In this document: piece by piece, positions 16,901 to 24,841 of the stretch
Position numbering within the stretch: position 1 is the stretch's first letter
How the letters are laid out: each line of letters begins with the position of its first letter
Assembly (NCBI RefSeq): GCF_000148385.1
Contig: NC_014537.1
Coordinates: 1-32,000 of the forward strand
Length of the DNA: 32,000 nucleotides
DNA from: Vulcanisaeta distributa DSM 14429
GTDB lineage: Archaea; Thermoproteota; Thermoprotei; Thermoproteales; Thermocladiaceae
Direction: 5' to 3'
Program-made: the position numbers and the translations under genes
Notes under the pieces: model-generated
The model's database searches: none
Told to the model about the DNA's origin: nothing
What the model saw: only the letters and a program-made list of their open reading frames with translations

Positions 16901-17419
16901 TTATAACCTGCCCTCCTGCCTCAGTAGCTCCTCATACTTAGATATCACATTATTGTAGGAGCCCGCGTCTATCTCCTTAAGTACCTGCTTCGGATCCTTG
17001 CCGCCAATGGTTACGCCAATACTCCTACACGCACTCACCACCTGCTTAAGGGCATTCTTGAAGTTCCTACTCCTTAATTCCTCCCACTTTATGTAGGCTA
17101 TCTCAGCAAGCTTCTCAATGCTTATGTCACCAATTAACTCCTTAACTGCCTGGTGGCTACCCGTGTCCTTACCAATGGCCTTCATTATTAAGTCAGCTAT
17201 TGGAGGTAGTTCAGGCTTTATGTCGAAGCTCTTTGTATCCTCATCGATCTCTATCTCGACAAATACGTTATTAATACCGTAATTGGTCAGGATCTTCGTC
17301 TTCTTATTAATCTCCTCAGTGACCTTATTCACATCAACTCCATACTGACTTAATTGCTGGACCGCAGGTCCGCCTGCCTTGCCTGGCGCGACCGCTATTT
17401 TAACTACTCTCTTCGCCAT
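16901..17419 (-). CDS. rpl11: 50S ribosomal protein L11 (uL11)
   Basis: VKIAVAPGKAGGPAVQQLSQYGVDVNKVTEEINKKTK matches the L11 N-terminal domain. It sits in the conserved secE-spt5-L11-L1-P0 gene order. Confidence 0.97.
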   Translation of the reverse strand: MAKRVVKIAVAPGKAGGPAVQQLSQYGVDVNKVTEEINKKTKILTNYGINNVFVEIEIDEDTKSFDIKPELPPIADLIMKAIGKDTGSHQAVKELIGDISIEKLAEIAYIKWEELRSRNFKNALKQVVSACRSIGVTIGGKDPKQVLKEIDAGSYNNVISKYEELLRQEGRL

Positions 17420-17442
17420 ATCGTGGGACTCGCCTAATGTAG

Positions 17443-17452
17443 GTATTTAACG
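17443..17452 (-). promoter_or_regulatory. TATA box (CGTTAAATAC on the minus strand) for rpl11; the transcript is probably leaderless
   Basis: The element begins 24 nt upstream of the rpl11 ATG (17419), in the 42-nt gap after spt5. Confidence 0.45.
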
Positions 17453-17461
17453 TTTTTGCTA

Positions 17462-17932
17462 TTATTGCTTACTTTCAATCTTCCTAACACCCCTAATATT
17501 CACGATAATGGGCATCGTACTTGACGAATCAAGCAACTCCAGGTAGACCTGCCCCCTCTGTCTGTCGATATCCACGACCTTACCCCTATAACCCTTAAAT
17601 GGCTCAACAATTATCTCGACGACATCACCAACATTAATCTCCACGGGCTTAGCCAAACTACTCACTATTTCATCAACGCTCATGACACCCCTAACCATGC
17701 CCCTGTAATGCTTAATGCCCGTTGCTAAGTCCTGGATTTCATACGGCAGCGAGCCCTCAACAAACACAAACCCCTTAAGCGCTGGTAATACCACTATGGC
17801 GGTAACCTTAACCTTATCAAGACCCTTATGCTCAGTCCTCGCCTTAAGCATAAAGGCCACGTTGTATTCCTGATTGCCCACAGCCCTAAGAGCGTACACT
17901 CTACAACTCATTGCCTGCTCAGTACTACTCAT
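17462..17932 (-). CDS. spt5: Transcription elongation factor Spt5 (archaeal NusG)
   Basis: NGN domain: VYALRAVGNQEYNVAFML. KOW motif: VGDVVEIIVEPFKGYRGKVVDID. It has the conserved position between secE and rpl11. ATG 17932 is preferred over the tracked GTG 17935. Confidence 0.93.
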   Translation of the reverse strand: MSSTEQAMSCRVYALRAVGNQEYNVAFMLKARTEHKGLDKVKVTAIVVLPALKGFVFVEGSLPYEIQDLATGIKHYRGMVRGVMSVDEIVSSLAKPVEINVGDVVEIIVEPFKGYRGKVVDIDRQRGQVYLELLDSSSTMPIIVNIRGVRKIESKQ

Positions 17933-17990
17933 CACCTTCCCCTAACCTAATGAGTTAATAAAACTTGCCCAACAATGAATTGCCTCGGCC

Positions 17991-18296
17991 TTATCTACGG
18001 CCAATACCCCTCGTGCTTAGTATAACGAGTATAAGCATGATGGTTAGTATTATGACTATTGTAAGTACGACGATTAAGTTAAGTGGGTATGGCAAACTAA
18101 AGTTAGCGCTACTCGTTAGGTACTGCTGCGCCACGCTGAATAGGAATGAGTAGACGCCGAGTATCGCTACTATTAATGAGCCCAGCTTAAGGATTATCAT
18201 ATAATTGCTCTTAGTCGGCTTCTTGGCCACCTTGAATATCCATGCAAGGGTACTTAACCAATTCATTATCCTCTTACCCAAGTCCTCACTGCTCAT
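17991..18296 (-). CDS. secE: Preprotein translocase subunit SecE/Sec61-gamma with a C-terminal extension
   Basis: KVAKKPTKSNYMIILKLGSLIVAILGVYSFLF matches the archaeal SecE core (KKPTK.EY...G..G). It has the conserved position upstream of spt5. An extra hydrophobic helix (LNLIVVLTIVIILTIMLILVIL) follows. Confidence 0.8.
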   Translation of the reverse strand: MSSEDLGKRIMNWLSTLAWIFKVAKKPTKSNYMIILKLGSLIVAILGVYSFLFSVAQQYLTSSANFSLPYPLNLIVVLTIVIILTIMLILVILSTRGIGRR

Positions 18297-18320
18297 TGCA
18301 TGTGCTATGGCTAATCAGTG

Positions 18321-18333
18321 ATTATAAAATTTT
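18321..18333 (-). promoter_or_regulatory. TATA box (AAAATTTTATAAT on the minus strand) for secE
   Basis: The element begins 25 nt upstream of the secE ATG (18296). Confidence 0.4.
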
Positions 18334-18344
18334 CTAACCAATCG

Positions 18345-19262
18345 TCATAGGATTAACTGCCTAAAGAACTCCGCCTTACTAAATGGCCTTAAATCATCAT
18401 ACCCCTGCCCAACGCCGAGGAAGTAGATGGGCTTCTTAAGCTCATATAGGAAGGTCAGTATGGCACCACCTTTTGGGTACGCATCAACCTTGGTAACTAT
18501 CAATCCATCAATCTTCACGTACTTACTATAGTACTTTGCAATGTCCAGCGCCTCATTGCCGAGTAGTGCGTCGGCAATGAATATCGATAGGTCAGGCCTA
18601 CTAACCCTCTGTATTTTACTCAACTCATTCATTAAGTTAATGTCCGTGTGCATCCTACCGGCCGTGTCGATCATTACATAATCAATGCCCCTAACCTTAG
18701 CATGGTTTATTGCGTCATAAGCCACCGCGGCTGGGTCTGAGCCATAGCCATGCTTTATAACCCTAACACCGAGTTTAGTGGCATGACCCTCCAGTTGCTC
18801 GATGGCCCCAGCCCTGTAGGTGTCCGCAGCTGCCCACACTGCGGTATAACCCCTCTTCATTAACTGATGAGTTATCTTAGCTATTGTCGTGGTCTTACCA
18901 TAACCATTTGGGCCCAGGAATAGGAGAACCACGGGCTTCTTCATTTGAAGAAGCCTTATGACCTCACTCATGAAGTCAACATCGGGTATATCACTGAATA
19001 GTTTACTCATTATGTCTATAATCCCATTCTTAATGACAGACTCCTTATCGCCAAACCTAGGTACTTTAAGGCCCCTTAAGTAATTGACTATCGCATTGCT
19101 TATTGCGTCAGCAACATCAACTGCCACATCAGATTCAACGAGTTGCATAAATAATTCATCACGTATTTCATTAAGCTTATCCTCACTTAACTCGGTAGTT
19201 GTTATTGAATTAACTATTGTGTTTGTTAATGATTTAAAGGCGTTCTTTAATTTATCGAACAT
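18345..19262 (-). CDS. ftsY: Signal recognition particle receptor FtsY
   Basis: SRP-GTPase motifs GPNGYGKTTT, DTAGR and TKVD are present. ATG 19262 is preceded by AAGGUG (SD-like) at a 7-nt spacing. The tracked ORF begins at TTG 19265. Confidence 0.95.
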   Translation of the reverse strand: MFDKLKNAFKSLTNTIVNSITTTELSEDKLNEIRDELFMQLVESDVAVDVADAISNAIVNYLRGLKVPRFGDKESVIKNGIIDIMSKLFSDIPDVDFMSEVIRLLQMKKPVVLLFLGPNGYGKTTTIAKITHQLMKRGYTAVWAAADTYRAGAIEQLEGHATKLGVRVIKHGYGSDPAAVAYDAINHAKVRGIDYVMIDTAGRMHTDINLMNELSKIQRVSRPDLSIFIADALLGNEALDIAKYYSKYVKIDGLIVTKVDAYPKGGAILTFLYELKKPIYFLGVGQGYDDLRPFSKAEFFRQLIL

Positions 19263-19273
19263 CAAATAACACC

Positions 19274-19732
19274 TTATTGCCTAGATTGCTGTTGCTGCCT
19301 AATGGCCGCGCTTATGTAGAGGAGGAAGTTATCAATATCCGTTATCCTTTTTGCCACGTCAGCCGATTGCGCATCTAATTTTGACCTTAAATCTTCAAAC
19401 TCCTTAATTCTCTCATCGATGTAGTTTATAGCGTATGAGATATCCATTTCAATCACAAAATTAGCACCAACACTTACCAGGACCTTCTCGCCCTGTACCG
19501 GTGAGGCCTTGATGAAGACGCCCCCACCAATCCCGGCGTATGTGTCCTGAACCACGCCCTTGCTTAGCAATGTTAGCATGTCCTTGGCGCTCCTTAATTC
19601 ATTTATTGACTGCGTTACCAATGCAAGGTTCTGTCTAATAACATCAAGCAATGCCGCTAAGGAATTCCTCTCCTCGATTAATCTCTCGATATCCTCCCTC
19701 GTTATTACTATTCGCTGTGGTTGCTGAGACAT
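19274..19732 (-). CDS. pfdA: Prefoldin alpha subunit
   Basis: Two regions that look coiled-coil flank a central beta-hairpin region (KVLVSVGANFVIEMD). It lies in the conserved LX-pfdA-ftsY neighbourhood. ATG 19732 is preceded by GGUGA. The tracked ORF extends to GTG 19747. Confidence 0.85.
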   Translation of the reverse strand: MSQQPQRIVITREDIERLIEERNSLAALLDVIRQNLALVTQSINELRSAKDMLTLLSKGVVQDTYAGIGGGVFIKASPVQGEKVLVSVGANFVIEMDISYAINYIDERIKEFEDLRSKLDAQSADVAKRITDIDNFLLYISAAIRQQQQSRQ

Positions 19733-19740
19733 TGATTGCC

Positions 19741-19989
19741 TCACCACTTAACAAGTGATTCCATGGATAGTAACTGCAATATCTCAGTACGCTTAACCTC
19801 ATCCTTACTTATCTCCCTAACCTCCTCAATCCTAATCATACTCCTCTTCAACTTATGCCTACTGCCTAACTCGCTATAAGCCTTCTCCACGGCCTCGCTG
19901 GGCTTTGTGGCCAATAGCTCCAGGGAAAACCTCTGCCACTGCATCCCAATCCTCATACGCCCAGTGACTCTGTAAATTCTAACCGACAC
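19741..19989 (-). CDS. rplX: 50S ribosomal protein LX (L18Ae/eL20)
   Basis: 82 aa. VRIYRVTGRM...ELGSRHKLKRSMIRIEEVREIS resembles archaeal LX. The GTG start lies about 25 nt from the TATA-like 20008-20019. Confidence 0.8.
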   Translation of the reverse strand: MSVRIYRVTGRMRIGMQWQRFSLELLATKPSEAVEKAYSELGSRHKLKRSMIRIEEVREISKDEVKRTEILQLLSMESLVKW

Positions 19990-20007
19990 GTGATGCGTCT
20001 ATGCATG

Positions 20008-20040
20008 AAATATTTAATCTTTTCCCAATATATTTTTAAA
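20008..20040. promoter_or_regulatory. Divergent promoter region with back-to-back TATA boxes for rplX (minus) and mbf1 (plus)
   Basis: AAATATTTAATC (20008-20019) serves the minus-strand gene. TATTTTTAAA (20031-20040) lies about 24-33 nt upstream of GTG 20064. Confidence 0.4.
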
Positions 20041-20063
20041 GGAGCATTGCCTATATCAGTCAG

Positions 20064-20609
20064 GTGGTTAGAATGGTCTTGACATGCGACGTCTGTGGTG
20101 CACTAATTGAGGGCGAGCCAGTCATTGTGGAAATTGACGGTGCCGTACTGACACTATGCCAGAGGTGTGCCCGTAAGTACACTAATGTTAAGGGCGTTAA
20201 GGTGATTAGGGGCCCTTCACAGGTTCAGGCGACGCAGCAGCCGGTGTCCGTAATTAAGTATGAATCTAGAAGGGGTGTTACGTATAGGGTTAGTAAGCCT
20301 AGGGTTAATGTTGATAAGTACGAGGTTGTTGAGAATTACGCTGAATTAATTAGGGAAGCTAGGGAGAGTCTTGGCATGAGTAGGGATGTTTTAGCTAAGG
20401 TGATTGGCGTTAAGGAGAGCATACTGAGGAGGATCGAGGATGGCCAGTTAATACCCGACGTTGAGCTCGCCAGGAAGCTCGAGAAGGCACTTGGTATTAG
20501 TTTATTAAGGGAGGCTGAGGACGTAGGCTACGAGACCCAGAAGCCCGTTAGTAAGTCATTAACGTTAGGTGATGTGGTGACTCTCCGCGAGAGAAGCAGG
20601 AATAAGTGA
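20064..20609 (+). CDS. mbf1: Archaeal multiprotein bridging factor 1 (Zn-ribbon plus XRE-type HTH)
   Basis: The N-terminal zinc ribbon is CDVCG...CQRC. The C-terminal HTH is LIREARESLGMSRDVLAKVIGVKESILRRIEDGQLIPDVELARKLEKALGISL. The start is GTG 20064 or ATG 20073. Confidence 0.85.
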   Translation: MVRMVLTCDVCGALIEGEPVIVEIDGAVLTLCQRCARKYTNVKGVKVIRGPSQVQATQQPVSVIKYESRRGVTYRVSKPRVNVDKYEVVENYAELIREARESLGMSRDVLAKVIGVKESILRRIEDGQLIPDVELARKLEKALGISLLREAEDVGYETQKPVSKSLTLGDVVTLRERSRNK

Positions 20610-20666
20610 TCTGCATAGTACATTGTGGCAATAGTTTTAAATAACGAGTGAGTTATAAAACACGTA

Positions 20667-21794
20667 GTGGGTAATAATAGGGCCAAGGCTTTATTGCTTG
20701 TTGCTGATGACGTTGGGGAGAATAGGATTAGGGAATTTCAGTTACTAAGTGAGGCTGGTGGTTATGAGGTTCTCGACACGATTATACAGAGGAGGAGGCC
20801 CGACACGCGTTATTACCTAGGTATTGGTAAGTTGGGTGAGGTTGAGTCGCTTGTTAGGTCCCTCGGGCCTGACGTGGTGATTACGTATCACCAGTTGAAC
20901 CCGATACAGTACGTTAATCTTGAACGTAGGTTAAAGGTTAGGGTTATGGACAGGATACTGTTGATTCTCGAGATATTTGAGAGGAGGGCTGGTAGTAAGG
21001 AGGCTAAGCTTCAGATTGAGTTGACTAGACTTAGGCTTGAGATTCCGAGGGTTAGGGAGTTCATTAGGCTTGCAAAGATGGGTGAGCAGATAGGCTTCTA
21101 TGGTGGTGGTGAGTACGCAATTGAGGCTTACTATAGGTATATGATGAGGAGGGTAGCCCATATCAGGAGGGAGTTAAGTGCGATTAAGAAGAGGAGGGAG
21201 ATGCTCGTAATCAAGAGGAGGGACTATGGGCTACCGCAGGTCGCGCTCACTGGCTATACATCGGCTGGCAAGACCACGCTATTCAATAGGTTAGCCAGGG
21301 AGAGTAAGTACGTTGATGGTAAGCCCTTCGCAACGCTGGACACGTACTCAAGGCTCGTTAACTTCAATGGGTTAAACGCAATATTGACCGACACCATAGG
21401 TTTCATAGATGACCTACCGCCACTTCTCATTGAGTCCTTCTACGCAACCATTGCTGAGGTTCTCAATGCAGACCTTGTTCTCTTCATGATGGACATAAGC
21501 GATGATTATAGGGAATTCTCGAGGAAGTTCATGAGCTCATTGAAAATATTTAATGATTTAGGTATATCTAGAACTAAGATCCTACCTGTCCTTAACAAGG
21601 TTGATTTGATGGATGGTATCGACATTAATGATAAGATAGGCCTTGTGGAAAGCGAGTTTGGTAATTACGTATTGATATCCGCAAAGACTGGGGTGGGCAT
21701 TGATGATTTAAGGGATGCTGTTAGGAGTAGGTTGGAGCCGTTAGTGGTTAATAAGAGGTATGGTAATAGTAAGAATTTTAACCCAATAGGCTAG
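20667..21794 (+). CDS. hflX: GTPase HflX
   Basis: An HflX N-terminal domain is followed by G1 GYTSAGKTTLFN, G3 DTIGF and G4 NKVD. The GTG start lies 23 nt after the TATA-like TTTTAAATAA (20635-20644). Confidence 0.93.
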   Translation: MGNNRAKALLLVADDVGENRIREFQLLSEAGGYEVLDTIIQRRRPDTRYYLGIGKLGEVESLVRSLGPDVVITYHQLNPIQYVNLERRLKVRVMDRILLILEIFERRAGSKEAKLQIELTRLRLEIPRVREFIRLAKMGEQIGFYGGGEYAIEAYYRYMMRRVAHIRRELSAIKKRREMLVIKRRDYGLPQVALTGYTSAGKTTLFNRLARESKYVDGKPFATLDTYSRLVNFNGLNAILTDTIGFIDDLPPLLIESFYATIAEVLNADLVLFMMDISDDYREFSRKFMSSLKIFNDLGISRTKILPVLNKVDLMDGIDINDKIGLVESEFGNYVLISAKTGVGIDDLRDAVRSRLEPLVVNKRYGNSKNFNPIG

Positions 21795-21804
21795 TCATTC
21801 ATTG

Positions 21805-22344
21805 ATGGTCGAGGACCTGGAGACATCATTATTCCTTGAGTATGCAAGGAGGAAAATAGCCTTTGAGTACGATAATGAAGAGATGGGTGAACTAGCCGTT
21901 AAGATACTTAAGACATTGAGCGAGAGGAATGAGGCAATACCCGATGAAACCCTAGCCCTAATCCTAGGTATAAGTGCCACTGAGATAAGGAGAATACTGC
22001 ATGTGATGCACAGGGCAGGGCTTGTAGGCCTTGTTCGTGAATCCACGGATCAATATAGGTATGAGTATAAGTGGTTCATTAATAAGGACTTCATTAGGAA
22101 GTTCCTCATACAGCATATTAACAATGTTGTGACTAAGCTCATGCATAGGATGAATACGCTGAGCAGGACAACGCTTTATATATGTCCAACGTGCTTCAGG
22201 GGATACACACTGGATGAGGTGTATGAGTATGACTTTAAATGCCCTAGAGACGATACTGAGTTGGTTCAGGTGGACGTCCCATCAGAAATAACCTTCCTAG
22301 CCAATGTAATTAAGAATTTGCGTGGGGAGGAGAAAGAGCAATAG
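21805..22344 (+). CDS. tfe: Transcription factor E (TFE-alpha, TFIIE-alpha homologue)
   Basis: The N-terminal winged helix (ISATEIRRILHVMHRAGLV) is followed by the zinc ribbon CPTC...CPRD. ATG 21805 is preferred; the tracked ORF starts at TTG 21802. Confidence 0.85.
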   Translation: MVEDLETSLFLEYARRKIAFEYDNEEMGELAVKILKTLSERNEAIPDETLALILGISATEIRRILHVMHRAGLVGLVRESTDQYRYEYKWFINKDFIRKFLIQHINNVVTKLMHRMNTLSRTTLYICPTCFRGYTLDEVYEYDFKCPRDDTELVQVDVPSEITFLANVIKNLRGEEKEQ

Positions 22345-22354
22345 TTTTGTTTTT
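22345..22354 (+). terminator. Oligo-T terminator (TTTTGTTTTT) directly after tfe
   Basis: The T-rich run begins immediately after the TAG stop codon (22342-22344), in a convergent gap. Confidence 0.5.
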
Positions 22355-22385
22355 ACGTTACTTCATGCATTGCTAACAGGGACTA

Positions 22386-23738
22386 TTAGTACTTGCCCTT
22401 GGACAACACCCTGGCTGCCGTGATTAATGGGTGCCAGACCGGTGCGGTGGGTGGGGAGTACGAAAGATCTGCGAAGAAGAAGTCATCAACCGTTGCCCCC
22501 TTGCCTATTAATGCTGCGGCAACGTCTATGTAGCCCGCGACTATCCTGTCAGGCCCAATTATCTGAACGCCTAGTACCCTGCCGCTTGTTTCATCCATGA
22601 TCATCTTTATATTAACCTGAACACCGCCTGGGTAGTAATGCGCCGTGGTCCTAGCCTTAATCGTGGCAGACACGGGCTTGAAACCCTCCTCCCTCGCCTG
22701 CTTTTCCGTAAGGCCAGTCCTAGCTACGTAAAGACCAAATACCTTCGTTATTGCCGTACCCAACACACCAGGGAATTTTAGGAATCTACCCTTAACTGCA
22801 TTGGCGCCAGCTACCTGCCCCATTTTATTGGCTGGTGGTGCCAGGGCTACGTACATCCTCTTCCCAGTAATTAAGCTCCAGGTCTCAGCGACGTCACCTG
22901 CAGCATAGACATTTGGTACTGAGGTCTCCATGTACTCATTAACCCAAACAGCCCCCGTCTCGCCTATTTTCGCGCCGGCCTTGACTGCGAGATCAACGTC
23001 TGGTCTGACGCCAACGCCCATCACCACCTTATCTACGTTGTACTCACCCTTCTCGGTAATTACCTTATTCACGTGGCCATTAACGCCCCTGAAGCCTACG
23101 ACCTTCTCATTAAGGTGAAGTTCAATTCCATTCTTAATGAGTTCATCATGTATTAACTTAGCCATATCCTCATCAAACGTTGTTGGTAGCACGTGCGGCA
23201 TCATTTCGAATAGGAGCACCCTCTTACCAAGATTCCTAAGCGCCTCGGCTACCTCAAGGCCTATGTAGCCGCCACCAACCACAGCGACGGTGCTCGCCTT
23301 CTCGACTTCCTCCCTTAATTTTGGCGCCTCATGCGGAAGCCTAAGTGTTAATATGCCATTTAGGTCATGACCTTCGACAGGAAGTGTTATTGGTTTTGCC
23401 CCGGTGGCTATTATGAGTACGTCCCACTGATACTTAACGGTTTCATTACCCTCCCTTGCATACACGACTTGGTTCTTGGTATCGACATCGAATACCTCAG
23501 CATTAACCTTAACAGTTATCCTCCTCTCCTTCGCAAACTCCTCTGGAGTGTATATTGCTAGCTCTTGAGCCTCCTTAACAACACCACCTATGTAATATGG
23601 TATTCCACATGGGGCGTGGCTTATGAATAAACCCTTATCAAGCATCACTATCTCAGCCTCAGGGTCTAACCTCCTGGCTCTAGCGGCAGCTGATGCACCA
23701 GCGGCGCCGCCGCCAATTATCACAATGCGTTTTCCCAT
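22386..23738 (-). CDS. FAD-dependent pyridine nucleotide-disulfide oxidoreductase (NADH oxidase / CoA-disulfide reductase type)
   Basis: The FAD motif is IVIIGGGAAGASAA. A single redox Cys is present in SHAPCGIPYY. The NAD(P) motif is VAVVGGGYIGLEVA. 450 aa with no rhodanese extension. Confidence 0.88.
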   Translation of the reverse strand: MGKRIVIIGGGAAGASAAARARRLDPEAEIVMLDKGLFISHAPCGIPYYIGGVVKEAQELAIYTPEEFAKERRITVKVNAEVFDVDTKNQVVYAREGNETVKYQWDVLIIATGAKPITLPVEGHDLNGILTLRLPHEAPKLREEVEKASTVAVVGGGYIGLEVAEALRNLGKRVLLFEMMPHVLPTTFDEDMAKLIHDELIKNGIELHLNEKVVGFRGVNGHVNKVITEKGEYNVDKVVMGVGVRPDVDLAVKAGAKIGETGAVWVNEYMETSVPNVYAAGDVAETWSLITGKRMYVALAPPANKMGQVAGANAVKGRFLKFPGVLGTAITKVFGLYVARTGLTEKQAREEGFKPVSATIKARTTAHYYPGGVQVNIKMIMDETSGRVLGVQIIGPDRIVAGYIDVAAALIGKGATVDDFFFADLSYSPPTAPVWHPLITAARVLSKGKY

Positions 23739-23784
23739 ATAGCCTCAAGGGCTATTACGACTTAATTAGTTTTTCCATGTTTAA

Positions 23785-24735
23785 TTAACTGCATTCACCG
23801 TTAAGTCTCGTTAGCAATTCATTGATTATCTTCCTAGCAGTTAATGCATGCCTTCTTTTAATGGGGTATTGAATTGCCAACTCAGTATTACTCACCGTAT
23901 CTGCGCTCCCATACTTAATACACTCAGCCACATACTTACTCACGTGGGGTGTTAATGTCCATGCTATTAACTCATGAATGACACCATCATCAATGACGCT
24001 GGGTATCCTCTTCGCCATTCTCATGAATGTTGACGTAACTAGATACTTCCTGTCGAGTATGTAATGAAGGAATTCGTGAACTGCCGTATCAACAATATTA
24101 CTTATATCACTTACCGTGAGATCCTCCTTAGAAATTACGTCCGTTAATCTAAGTATGTCCCAAATTGATAATGCAATTACCTCATTCCTATTAATGGTCA
24201 GGACTTTCCCATAGATTGTTGGGTTATGGGTAAGTAGTGTCTTCGGTGTATCAATGTTAAATACTCTATTCATTATCATTAACGCTTTCATTACTAATTG
24301 AAAGTATACATTAGCATTAATCCTCGCTCTATTCACCCTATCATCAATGTAATACTCACACTCATTACCGCATACAATCATCAATCTCACGATTAATGAT
24401 GAGCTTGCCCTAATGGTTATGACGTACGCACGATCATTCCCTCTCCTCATACTCTCTATAGTTACGTACTTATTAACGTCATAATCCTTCATAAGGGACT
24501 CTATGGTATCCTTAATAATTACTGCATACTCATCACCATTAGGCATGAAATTAGGATTAACCGAGCCTATCAGATTTAGAATAAGTCCGAGGGTGGATAA
24601 TGCCATCCTCAGTTTAATACGTTGCCTATTAAGTAATAGTGTTAATGCATTTATAGATTTCAGGTTGTTTAGGAAATCATTATGAAGCCTTCCAACGTAA
24701 TTCCATGAGAGATTAGTCAACATACTAATTATCAC
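23785..24735 (-). CDS. Hypothetical protein with an HExxH...E (gluzincin-like) metallopeptidase signature
   Basis: 316-aa ORF (GTG 24735; alternative ATG 24723). AVHEFLHYIL is followed 25 residues after the motif by GVIHELIAW. The gene is markedly A/T-rich compared with both flanking genes. No TM or signal peptide is evident. Confidence 0.55.
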   Translation of the reverse strand: MIISMLTNLSWNYVGRLHNDFLNNLKSINALTLLLNRQRIKLRMALSTLGLILNLIGSVNPNFMPNGDEYAVIIKDTIESLMKDYDVNKYVTIESMRRGNDRAYVITIRASSSLIVRLMIVCGNECEYYIDDRVNRARINANVYFQLVMKALMIMNRVFNIDTPKTLLTHNPTIYGKVLTINRNEVIALSIWDILRLTDVISKEDLTVSDISNIVDTAVHEFLHYILDRKYLVTSTFMRMAKRIPSVIDDGVIHELIAWTLTPHVSKYVAECIKYGSADTVSNTELAIQYPIKRRHALTARKIINELLTRLNGECS

Positions 24736-24810
24736 TAATGCAGTATTAACTTTATATTATCCGTAATTTAAATGATTCTTTTTAATGCATTAATTATTCT
24801 CTCGCGCAAT

Positions 24811-24820
24811 ATTATAAAAT
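24811..24820 (+). promoter_or_regulatory. TATA box (ATTATAAAAT) for ggt; the transcript is probably leaderless
   Basis: The element ends 22 nt upstream of the ggt ATG (24842). Confidence 0.45.
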
Positions 24821-24841
24821 TCTTAAACAACTTGATAACAC

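Noticed and set aside
24782-24793. Perfect 12-bp palindrome TTAATGCATTAA in the divergent region between the HExxH gene and ggt
   Set aside because: It occurs once in a very A/T-rich stretch, where such palindromes arise easily. No second copy or half-site pattern is present, so I do not call it an operator.
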